Shown here piece after piece: positions 24,755 to 35,434 of a stretch of 64,000 nt of DNA. A model generated the notes under the pieces. The model worked only from the letters and a program-made list of their open reading frames with translations, did not search any database and was not told the DNA's origin. Source of the stretch: Thelocarpon superellum (lineage: Eukaryota); assembly GCA_026025795.1 (NCBI GenBank), contig JAPEUG010000022.1, positions 1 to 64,000 of the forward strand. Direction: 5' to 3'. Each line of letters opens with the position of its first letter. Position 1 is the first letter of the stretch. The position numbers and the translations under genes were made by a program.

Positions 24755-27469
24755 ATGAGTGTCTCCACGGCGCACACCGCCCTCGAGACCCTCCTCCTCT
24801 TCCAGTCGCTCGCTCGATACGGCACGGAGGCGACGTCATTCCGGCGCATTTCGGAGCTGCTCAAGGACAATGCCTTGGTGCGCGAGGCCACGGCTTTTGA
24901 CACCGGTCGGTTGAGCCCGGAAGCCTTGCGCCAGCTTTACCATGACCTGTTGAAGCAAGAGGAGGCCGCCGAGCATGCCACTCCACCCGAGGGTGACGAC
25001 TCGGACTCCCATCCGCCAAGCGGACGCGAGGGCGGTCGGGATGGCCCAGGGCCAAGTCCGTCACGAAAGCGAAAGCTGCCCAGTCCCTCACCGACCGCTG
25101 CCCGCGATGCATCTCGACATGCCACTTTGCTGCCACAACTGGTGGACCGTCTCTACGTGCGATACAAGGACAATGTGGTGCGGGCGATCCGAGATGATGA
25201 AGCCCGGTATCAGCATCTGCGTCAGGACATCCAGCAGATTGAGCTTGGGCAATGGGATGAGCGCTTGAAGCAGCAGCCCGTCCCAGCCGCCGTGGAATTC
25301 GCCGAGGGCGCACCGAACGAATCAGCGTTGCATCGTGACACGCCTGCCGATCCTCAACCGGTAGCTCGCAGCGGTTCCAGGAGGTCTCCGTCTCGCGCCC
25401 AGAAAGGCTCAACCAATTACCAAGACGGGCCCACATCCACGGCAGGCTCACGCTTGTCCCCCGATAGACGCCCCGTGCCTGCATCAGCCACCCCATCCTC
25501 GCGAGCACTCAATACTGGAACCGCGGCCAGTGGCACGAGCGCTTCCTCGCTGCGTCAGACCACAATCCCGGCAACCCTCTTCCAACGGCCTGCTTCCTCA
25601 GATGTGCCGCTCGTGTCGCCGACGAAAGCCCCCTTACTTTCGACGGCAGCGCCCACAGCGTCCGTCCCATCTTTACAAGCTCCTCGCCTCTCACCGCCTT
25701 CCACGACACTTTCTCTCGCATCCGACCCAGACCAGTCAGACCCTCAGCCGGCGGTGTTGGAGCGCACCGGCGCCGCGGCTGAAGCAGTAACGGCTCTCTC
25801 TGCAGATCAACCTCTTCAGGCAGTATCGGCCACTACATTTGCGCAAGGATCATCTCGCAGCTCGCAACCTTCAGCCCCATCACCGTTGTCATCGCATGAG
25901 CTGCCAGGTCCGGCGCCGTCTTCCGAGCCCTCACGCCAGGGCGCTCCCGTATTGAGCAGTCCTCGATTACGGCCCCTGAGCAGTTCGGCCGCTCCCCCCG
26001 CAACGTCTGGTCCTCCGTCCCGACCGATGGCCGCAGATGCAGTACTGTCTGACCGGCAGCCTGCTGTGTCTCCATCAACCTCTCAAGAGTCGCGAGGATT
26101 AAGCGGAGGCCCCGTGCCGCACGCGACGCGGTCCTACCCGTCTTCCGGGGCTCAACACCGTTCCGGTGTCATGCAGGCATTGCCACAGACGCCTGTGACA
26201 TCGGCTCCAGGCCCACGGTATGCTCGCCGCCCGCCACCGCTCGACACGTCCGCGTCATCGACCAGGTGGAAAACTCCGATGTTGGAAAGCTCTTCGCAGG
26301 CACCAGGTTCGCCATTACGACCGCCCCCGAGCCCGCTCAGCGATGCGGCCTCTCCGTCGCGCATGGAGACCCGGCGAGATCGACGAGGGCACACGCGGGG
26401 TCAGGCGTCGCGCACGTTAGGCCGCTCCCCGGCCAGTGTGTCGGATGCGACTGACACGGCGCACGCACCACGCTCTGATGCACGCCGAACACGGCGGGGT
26501 ATGGCCAAGCCAGGCGGCGGGATGTCGACGCGTCGTCGGCGAGGCAGCACGGCTTCCTCGCACACGCACGATTCGACGCGTGCCACGAGTCGCAGTCGCT
26601 CGCGGAGTCGCTCGACCGAAGACGTGACACCCATCACCCGGGTCAAAGACGAGCACCCCAGTACGCCGTTCGGGGTGGCGACGGACCATGATATCGAGAT
26701 GAGTGGCGCGTCGACGACGGACGAGGTGCCTCATCTGCGACTCGGCCACGCCGCGCTCATGGACGCGATGGAGCTCCGTGGGGAGGGGAACAAGCGCAAA
26801 CGTAGCCTGCGCGACACGCCCGAAGTGGCTGACAGCGGCAGCAGCCGGCATGGGACGCCCCTCGGACCGGCGCGGTCGCGGCACATCGTCAGCACGCCCC
26901 ACTTTGCGCGCACGACGGCGCCGGTCTTGAACGACATTGCGGCGCACAAGCACGCGTCGTTATTCGCGGCGCCAGTCAAAGAGCGCGACGCGCCCGGGTA
27001 TCGCAATATCATCTACTATCCGCAAGATCTCAAATCGATCAAGACGGCCATTGCCGTGGGCGGTCGTGCTGTGGCCGCTGCGGCCGGCTCCGTTGGGACG
27101 CCGGCCGATGGTCGGGAGAGCCCAGGAGCCAGCGGCAGCGCCCAGAAGTCTTCCACAGTGCTAATCACGCCCACCCTCGATGTCATCCCGCCACGGGCAA
27201 TCGTCAACTCGGCGCAGCTCGAGAAGGAGCTAATGCGGATGTTCGCCAACGCCATCATGTTCAATTTTGACCCCGATCGCGGCTTCGGGACCGGTCTGGC
27301 CGACCGCAGCGGTGTTGATGGCGACGGGCCGGTGGAGGGCGGTGTGGCCGAAGCCGAAGATGACGAGGGTAGCGTCGTCCGGGACACGCGAGAGATGGTC
27401 GAGGCCGTCGAAAAGACAGTGGGGGATTGGCGCGCTGTGGAGCGAAGCCTGAAGGAGCCTTCTATGTGA
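24755..27469 (+). CDS. Bromodomain protein, BRD8/Bdc1-like (NuA4/SWR1-associated by inference)
   Basis: 904-aa single ORF. N-terminal helical region (ETLLLFQSL; LVDRLYVRYK..IRDDE). Long Ser/Pro/Ala-rich linker. C-terminal bromodomain HKHASLFAAPVKERDAPGYRNIIYYPQDLKSIK..ELMRMFANAIMFN with an insertion. Confidence 0.88.
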   Translation: MSVSTAHTALETLLLFQSLARYGTEATSFRRISELLKDNALVREATAFDTGRLSPEALRQLYHDLLKQEEAAEHATPPEGDDSDSHPPSGREGGRDGPGPSPSRKRKLPSPSPTAARDASRHATLLPQLVDRLYVRYKDNVVRAIRDDEARYQHLRQDIQQIELGQWDERLKQQPVPAAVEFAEGAPNESALHRDTPADPQPVARSGSRRSPSRAQKGSTNYQDGPTSTAGSRLSPDRRPVPASATPSSRALNTGTAASGTSASSLRQTTIPATLFQRPASSDVPLVSPTKAPLLSTAAPTASVPSLQAPRLSPPSTTLSLASDPDQSDPQPAVLERTGAAAEAVTALSADQPLQAVSATTFAQGSSRSSQPSAPSPLSSHELPGPAPSSEPSRQGAPVLSSPRLRPLSSSAAPPATSGPPSRPMAADAVLSDRQPAVSPSTSQESRGLSGGPVPHATRSYPSSGAQHRSGVMQALPQTPVTSAPGPRYARRPPPLDTSASSTRWKTPMLESSSQAPGSPLRPPPSPLSDAASPSRMETRRDRRGHTRGQASRTLGRSPASVSDATDTAHAPRSDARRTRRGMAKPGGGMSTRRRRGSTASSHTHDSTRATSRSRSRSRSTEDVTPITRVKDEHPSTPFGVATDHDIEMSGASTTDEVPHLRLGHAALMDAMELRGEGNKRKRSLRDTPEVADSGSSRHGTPLGPARSRHIVSTPHFARTTAPVLNDIAAHKHASLFAAPVKERDAPGYRNIIYYPQDLKSIKTAIAVGGRAVAAAAGSVGTPADGRESPGASGSAQKSSTVLITPTLDVIPPRAIVNSAQLEKELMRMFANAIMFNFDPDRGFGTGLADRSGVDGDGPVEGGVAEAEDDEGSVVRDTREMVEAVEKTVGDWRAVERSLKEPSM

Positions 27470-28139
27470 CGGCTCCTCTCATCTCTTCTCCGTATCTGGA
27501 ATTGTCGTTGTGCTCTGTGCTCAATGTACCCACATCGCAATACATGACGGTATTACGGATCTGTTGAAAGGACATGTCGTACATCACTGGAAAGTGTACC
27601 CCGCCATGGACGTAAGTGGGGACCTACGGTAAAGTAGGGCCAAGTCGGAGTGGTCCTTCTTTGCCCGAGACACTTCTGACCGAGTCATGCCAACGCCGGT
27701 TGATTTGGCGGGGAAGTCGTTTCCAGACGAGGGAACTCGGGCAGTAGTCATCCTGCAAAGGGGCGCACCTAGGCATGGCAGACACGGACGGTCGTGGAGA
27801 AAGAATCCATGATTCGTCTTCGACTTGCATCCGCTGAAGCTCAGCTCTGCATCCAGCGTCGCGACAACAGTCTCCCAGCTGGATGCTATCTCGAATGAGA
27901 CGCTCCTCAGCAGGGTGAGACGCAACTGACCAGCGGAGGCTGAGCTACAGCATTAGGATAGTACGCGTCACATGATCTTCTACGCGTTCCTGCATAAGCT
28001 AAATTACGGTTAACATAGTTGGGGCGTCGCACCCGTGGATGTGTAAACGTCTCCTTTTGCCGAGCCATTGCCAAGCCTCTCCAGAAATATTCTGGCCTCA
28101 TCTGCGGCGCGGAGGGAGGCAACGATTTTGACCGCGACG

Positions 28140-29480
28140 ATGTGCTCTTACTTTGCCGCGGCGCTGCTAGCTGCGTGTGCCCTGCGGCCCGTCACCGCGG
28201 CCGACGTGGCAGGGAAGGCTTTCAACCGCTTCTTCACCATCTGGCTGGAGAACCAGGTAGGCTCCGCACTTATCTTATCGCCTTAGGCCGGGCTTGGCGT
28301 TGACGATCGTTGCAGGACTTCCTCAACGTTACCAAGAATCCCGAGGTGAAGACGTTGAGCGACTCGGGAATCCTTCTCACCAGCTACTACTCCGTCACAC
28401 ACCCCTCACAACCCAACTACATCGCCTCGGTGGGAGGCGATTACTTTGGCCTCAACAACGATGGCCTTGTCTCCATCCCGGCCAACGTGTCAACGGTGGT
28501 GGACTTGTTCGACACCAGAGGCATCGAGTGGCGCGAGTACCTTGAAGATGTGCCCGGGCCCGGCTTCATGGGCGCCAATAGTACCACGCCGCAGGGGCAA
28601 TTGGCCTATGTACGGAAGCACAAGTACGCGTTGTCCTGCTTTCAGCGTCAGGCTCGTCACCATACTAACCCACAATAGTCCCCTCGTGAGCTATGACAGC
28701 ATCTCGGGGAATGGTAGCCGGCTGCTCAACCTCGTGTCTTTCGAAGATTTTGAGAACGACTTGCGAAAGCATAGCCTGCCGCAGTGGGCCCACATGTCGC
28801 CCAACATGAACAATGATGGCCATGACACGTCGCTGCAATTTGCCGCCAATTGGTCTCATTCCTTCCTCCAACCCTTACTGGCCAATCCCTACTTCATGAA
28901 CAACACGTTGGTGCTCTTGACCTTTGACGAGAGCGAGACATACTCCAAGCCCAACCAGATCGGCTCCCTGTTACTCGGCGGCGCGGTGCCGAGCAAGCTT
29001 CGCGGCACGACGGACGACACCTTCTACACCCATTACTCCATCCTCGCCACGCTGGAGAACAACTGGGGTCTACCGAATCTCGGTCGCTTCGACGTGGGTG
29101 CCAACGTGTTTGCCATGGTGGCGAACCAGACGGGCTTCAAGAATCACGGCGTGGACCGGTCGAAGGTTGCTCTGAATGAGAGCTATCCTGGGCCGCTGAA
29201 TAGCCAAAAACCTGGGCCATATCCGCCTCCGAACCCGTTCCTGACCGGCGCCGGTGGACAAGGCATCGTAGACACGGTGCCGCCGGCATGGCGGCAACCG
29301 GCCGGAGGCAAAGTCGACACCGTCTACGATGGCTCGGGTAACCTCTTTGACGGGTACGATCATCTACCGGTCTCGCAGGTGCTGACGTCTGGGGCGCCAA
29401 CTCCGACAGGAGATGCTACTCCCACGTCAACGGTGCAAACCTCGGGTGCACGAAGGAACCGGCCTTTTTCGTTCTGGTGA
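28140..29480 (+). CDS. Secreted acid phosphatase (phosphoesterase family)
   Basis: Signal peptide; GKAFNRFFTIWLENQ|D; VTHPSQPNYIASVGGDYFG; YVRKH; NMNNDGHDT; LTFDE; YTHYSILATLENNWGL. Two introns. Confidence 0.93.
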
Positions 29481-29856
29481 TTTTGGTGATGGTTCTGGTG
29501 ATGGAACAGGCCTTTTCCGCCGTTATCGCGTTGCATTGTTTTTCTTGGGACGGAGGGCATAGGCGGGGTGGAGGGTGAGGGTAAACATTGCGCAGGCATG
29601 GGCATTGGGTTCTGTGGCATAGAAGGTTCATATGGTGTACTTGATATTCGTACCATTGTCACATTGCATCGTTAATTCATCCTTGTGCAGTGCAACCCAC
29701 GTGGCGTTATGGACGAGTAAGGGCCGGTAGCATGTCACGCTCGCAGATCGGTCTGCGGCATCCACGGCGACAGACCCTCATCTCCGCCACGCCATGCCAC
29801 GCCGTGCCACGCCGACTTCAGGCCGCCGCTTTATCCAATCTCGCAGCATGGCTTCC

Positions 29857-30322
29857 CTAGATCTTGAACTCCGTGAAGATCTTCGACTTGTCCAGCAACC
29901 TCCCCTGCGTGTCAAAGTCGACCCCTTCCTCCTTCAAGATGGCCAATTTCTTCTCCGGCGTAAACAGGTATCCGCCGACCGTCTGCAGCAATCACCAGTC
30001 ATAGTTTAGCATTCAAGCACCGTCACGCACACCATGCTTGTCTCAATCAGACCGAGCTTGGGTACAACGCGTCACTCACCCCCGTGGATGTGATGCACCG
30101 ATGACACGGCACCTCGGGAGCGAAAGGGTTGTTTCCGCACGCGTTCCCGACCGCGCGAGGAGACGAGTGCAGCGCGTTGGAGATGGCGGCGTACGTTGAC
30201 ACCCGACCTGCGGGGATCTGGCTCAGGAGCGTGAAGACACGCTATGGCCACCCTGTCAACCGCTGTGTCATGATGAAATGGGTGGGGGGTGGATAGACCT
30301 CTTGAAACTCCGTGACGGCCAT
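29857..30322 (-). CDS. MGT1: O6-methylguanine-DNA methyltransferase (methylated-DNA--protein-cysteine methyltransferase)
   Basis: Exons 30322-30299, 30241-30080 and 29982-29857 give 103 aa: MAVTEFQE|RVFTLLSQIPAGRVSTYAAIS..SPRAVGNACGNNPFAPEVPCHRCITSTG|TVGGY..KLAILKEEGVDFD. RAVG and PCHR active-site motifs are present. Confidence 0.92.
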
Positions 30323-30839
30323 TGTTGTGTTGCTGTCAAGTTGGTTACTGGTATGAGCTTGGTGCTCGGTAGTACGTCGTACATTCCTTGGGTAAGTGCA
30401 ACAATCCAAGATCTAGAGTCGAGCGCGACGTGACTAGAAAACGAGTCGTGGTTTATATCAACAACGTATGAGTCAGATGCCAATCATCGCCAACTCCATA
30501 GCTCGAGGAGCAGGTCCATGCTGATGCTTGTGACAAATAATCGAGTCATGAACCCTCCGGGCCTACGGGACCGTTGGATTACAGGGTCGCGCATCGAGGG
30601 CGGGCTAAGTAACATACTTCGTACAGTCTAGTACTACTATAGACTCCGGGGGCTCCCGCTAAGGAAACGCCGAACAACGAGTAGAGTGTAAGTCCTCGTA
30701 CCACAAGCTCGTGGTCGATGCATGGTGGCGTTGTGACATCACTTCCCATTCGCAACCTGGAGCTCCTTTTGATCCGTGAGTGGTGGTCCCGCTATGCTGC
30801 CGTTCATTCCTCGGAGATCCATTTCCGCTGGATGTCCAC

Positions 30840-31100
30840 CTACTGACCCTCTAGCAACTCCGCGGCAGCCTTCTGGTAGCTGAGCATCGCGGCCTTGTAT
30901 AGCTCCGGCCCCACGCTGATTCGAGCCACGCCTATCTCCGACAGATCTTCGACGCTCAGAAAGCCGTCGGCCTGGTTCTTCTCGACGTAGATCCGGCCCC
31001 TAAGGGCCTTGACCAACTGCTCAAGCTCTGCGGTCCGCAAGCCATGAGAAGGGCCGCCCTACACAAACGTCGTAGTTTTCGCGTCCATGACTTCTCGTCT
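30840..31100 (-). pseudogene. PEP mutase/isocitrate lyase superfamily gene remnant (C-terminal part)
   Basis: DAKTTTFV*GGPSHGLRTAELEQLVKAL..DLSEIGVARISVGPELY. In-frame TAG at 31059-31061 where homologues have Trp (VFVWGG). No recognisable N-terminal half. Confidence 0.7.
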
Positions 31101-32525
31101 TAGGAATCCACGGGAGGGGTGACGTGTGCCCGCTCTCACCGAGACGTCCCGATGGGCCATCTCTGTACGTTACCGTATTCCACCCCTTGTCCCAAATCCA
31201 AAGAGGAGTCATCGCTGTCAATGCGCACGCCAACGCGCTATTTACTCAACATTGGGTCTGGATGCTCATGCGGGAGCCCCGCTCACCGCGGGGTAGGGTA
31301 TGCATCGGGCCGGCGCGCAACCTAGTCACTTATACTCATACTCGGTCGTCTTCACATCTCAAATCCAATTTGGTGTCACATCACGAAAATACAAGTCTTT
31401 CTTTAGCAACTGGCCGTGGAGATGATGACTGTGGGATCTCATTATTCGGTCGGGCAAAGGGAGGTTGATGATGAGATGAACTGTCTATAGCAAACATAAT
31501 GGCTGCCCTCAAACTGACTGCGTGCGGCCGTCAAGGGAGATGTTGCCGCCGAGACCGAAATTTGATACGGAAAACTGGACGTTAATTCAATGGACGCCAA
31601 TCCTTGTCCAAGATGCGTGCTTCAGATGCGATTCGATTGAAAATAAGTTGGATATATCAAGTAAGGAAACGTGCAGATTCGCGACGCAACGGCAACCCAA
31701 ATATCAAAGACGAGCCCTTGAATAGTGGTCAGCCGAATGATGAAGATAGTTGCAAAGAGACGCGAACCGACAGGATCATGTGACGGGCTCCCTCCCTCGC
31801 GTCTCCTTTGCACTCCAACATCGCATGGTAATCCTTCCTATCGACAACCTCGCTGCACGGTTCGATTTCACGCTTCCCGTTACCGTGATATCCTTCTCTT
31901 TGGTGAACATGTCGCTTGTGGTTGGTATCACGACCCGCTCCTGTCTCTCTTTAGTATTCGAGCTGTAGACACGGATTGGCTGTTCGGTTTGATCGCCCGT
32001 TCGGTCGGGAAGAATGGAGTTGCAACATGCGTAAGACTGGAAGCGAAGATGGGTCTGCTGCTACGAACGTGCCCCATCGCGGGCAATGGATAAATTACTT
32101 TCTTCCTGTTTGTGTGTGAGATAACGATCATGGCCCGCAAACGCACGACCAATATGCTCGTGCCTGAATTCTTTTCGAGCACGACGGGTACTAAAGGTCA
32201 AGTATCACTGGGTTGTCGGGTTGAGTGACCGGGATAGGATCCTGATTTGACATCGTCGCGTGTGATCGACGCCCAGCTGTATAGATCTAGTCGGCTGGAG
32301 GAAGGTCCGTGACGTTGATAGGGGATAGAGGGGTAGTCAGACATAATGATATAGAGCGAGTGTTTTAATGCAGTGTGTTAGGATCACGTCCAAGGCTCGA
32401 CAGTATGAAAGATTGCTTTGAGATTCCGAGGCTCTGAGATTGCGACGGCAGCCTGACAACTTATACGCCGTATCGCAATAACTGGTGCCTAAGAGGCCAG
32501 GACGTGGACGGAGGAGACCATCGTC

Positions 32526-33946
32526 ATGTTAAGAGGATGTGCCATTCGAGTTGACCAGTCAAAGGAGGCGTTTTCATCTCATGTGGCCTGTTGCCTTGAC
32601 TGCATGGCCTCACAAGGCAGGTTCGATTCCGCAGAGCGCTGTTGGGCTTTAGCAGGGGCCCAGTCGTGTCGAATACCTCCACAGGAGCTTCGCGTCGTCC
32701 TGATGGAAAGCATTCTGCCCGCCCTCCATGTAAGATAGCGTGACTTTTGACCTCCATCAGTGGCTTGGGCATGTTCCGAATTGTGTGACCAAGGAACAAG
32801 AGACCGCTGCGCAAAGACAGATACTGTAGAGACATGGCACTCAACGCGATGCACAATATCTTGGCACGCCCAAGGCCGTGCTTCAACATCGTCTGCCATG
32901 TAGTCACCTGCTTTACGTGGTCATTCAAGGTCGACGGGGCGTTGCCCGTATTGCCATCCAAAGCGCTGGCTCGGGTCATCATGACCAATGAAATCCGGGT
33001 AGTCTTGCAGGCCGCCTGTGCCGCCTGTACTGGTTCGAGCTTCACTGCAATCGTCTCCGTCAGCAACCGAAGTTCAGTGGAAAGGATCATCGATGAAGAA
33101 GGTGCCTCGTTTGGATACCGAGGAGCGTCACGAACATTTCTTTGCAAATTCGCCGCGTGGGAGCTCGAACAACTTGGCTGTTTCCACGATTGTCTCTGTC
33201 GAAGACTCTCTGTCGCCATCGACGACGCTATGGAACACGACGTCAGTTGGGGAGAACTCCTCGACTTATTCGCAGACGGAGTTCGGGAAGTTGACGGCGC
33301 CAAGGAAGGCTTCCACTGACACGGACTGACCGCTTTGCACAAGGTCGCCTGTGCCCCTGGCTACGAAGATTACCCCGAGCTCCCTATCGGTTACCGCCAA
33401 AGGACGAGGAATTCCTCACGCACGGTCTCCAGGCACGAGCAAATAGCCAACTCGGGCCCGTTCGGATTATCTCCTTCTGATGCCTGATCCTGTCGATCCG
33501 GTTCACCTTCCGTCATGACCGGAGGACGCGGGACCGTACCAAGCATGGGCATGGGCACGTCGATGGAACTTTTCGGTTCCCGTCCTGCCCGACCGTTCAT
33601 ACTATGAGATCGACAAGGCCGATCTTCGCGAGTGGGGATACTGCGTATGGGATCAACCACGACTGCAAGCTTGGGGTCTTTTCGATCAGCCATGGACAAG
33701 GGAGAAATTCAGAAAAGGTTCAATGAGGGGGGATCAAGCTATATGGAGACCTGTGAGAAAGCGAGGGATGCCTTTGAACCAAGATCGCGCCTACCAGGCT
33801 GGTGCAGAGGGATGGTGGGCTCTGGTGACGAGAGTAGGTTTACAGAGCCTCCGCGTCCAAGGATACCGCCGCCACGTCCTCGCACGCCACCCTCTGCCTG
33901 GAAGCCGTATGGAGACATACAGTTTCGTCTCGCGCCGAAGCGATGA
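32526..33946 (+). pseudogene. Disrupted gene of an uncharacterised fungal protein family
   Basis: Motif blocks lie in order across frames: RLYWFELHCN; FAAWELEQLGCFHDCL..HDVSWGEL; *HGLTALHKV; DAGPYQAWAW; LREWGYCVWDQPRLQAWG; AYQAGAEGWWA/GDES. They are separated by stops and frameshifts. Confidence 0.6.
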
Positions 33947-35434
33947 ATGGTGAACCCTTATTCCGACAATAATCATGCTGTAACACTTTCATTGCAGAAG
34001 TTACGTGCTAGATATATGGAAGTGCTCATCAGGGCGAAAAGCAAGCGTGGCAGGATCTGTGGCTTCAACCTCCGCTGCCCTTCTGCTGCCCTTCTGATAT
34101 TTGAGAAGCGTCATGTGATCCGCACGTCGTGCATCCAGTCTACGTGGCGATATCTGCCGTTCATCACGAGAGATACTCGGGCGCAACAGATCCGTTACCA
34201 CCTCAACAGTGATTCCTTTCTCTGGCTACAACCACCTATCTGACAGCGCATCGTGATTGCATTTCCTGATCAAATACTTGCCGGGGACAATGATGCCGGA
34301 GACGGAATGCACCCCAAGAGCAGTTGAGGAAAATTGACAGGTTGTCACGGGCAGAGTTGTCTTGGGATGCAAAATCAGAGTGATCAAATCTCATTTGCAG
34401 ATGTCCATCCGCGTGGAAGCAGAGGGGTGGATCAGAGATCTTGTTGGGAACGGTAGGTTGGGATGATCACACGGCCAGCACGTGAGCCCGGAATCTAGCG
34501 GAGGAAGCCGAGCGATCAGGATGAGGTTCTAGGTTGGTGAGGCGCGGGCGTCGCTGCGGGAAAACGTGTCGCTACAACAGCACTGACCAACGCACGGCCA
34601 ACGGGTCATGGACGGAGTAACGAGAGATGTAGTGGTAGCGAGTGCAAGGTCCCGCTCGAGCCACGACCTGCGGCCTCGGACTTCAAGCGCCTATGACACC
34701 TTAGGGTGGCGGCGACTAGTCGCAGGAGATACTATCATCGAGTCGGCCGTCAGGCGAGCCCAGTCTCAGCCGGTAGAGGGAGTAGAGATGCAGGGTGACG
34801 GTAAGAGAAGGAGTGACGGCGGGTACCAGGAGGTACTTATTCCATCTGCAGCCTCCGACCGGCCAAGGACGTCCCGCGTGCAAAAAAAGGGTGCCGACCG
34901 TTGACCGGCCAGAGCGAGGCAGCGGACGAGTAACATACCTGTAACATGGCCGTCACGGCTATTGCCGCTTCGTTTTTGCGGGACGGGATCGACGCCGATC
35001 CCCTGCAGAGCTGTTGACCTCCCTAAACTTCGCCCGCCACCTCCCGTCACCATCAGATCTGTTCTGGTCTGATCACATCCGCGGCTACCCTCGTCGTTGG
35101 CTTGCTCCTGCTTCTGCTTCTGCTTCTGGCTTCGCAGTTGCTTGCATTGAACTGCTTGCCTTGCTCGAGCCACCTCCCTTCAATGGGCCGTTGCGACCGT
35201 CGAGATCCTGCTGGACATCGCCGTTCATCGCCGTCCATCTGATCCCGCGTAATCATAGACGACTCCTCTGACTCCTCTACCGGGGCAGAGGATTGCAGCT
35301 AGGCTCGCCGTCATCCTCACGTTGCATCACGTTCCTGCCGCGCGGCCTCGCGGAATCGTGATCGCCGATGCTGGCCGACGGCGCGCACCACTGCATCGAG
35401 TGACGACGCCGGTCTTGACCGCACGGCCGTCGCC

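Noticed and set aside
32524..33342. 272-aa minus-strand ORF
   Set aside because: No recognisable motif; the homology-like signal is on the plus strand.
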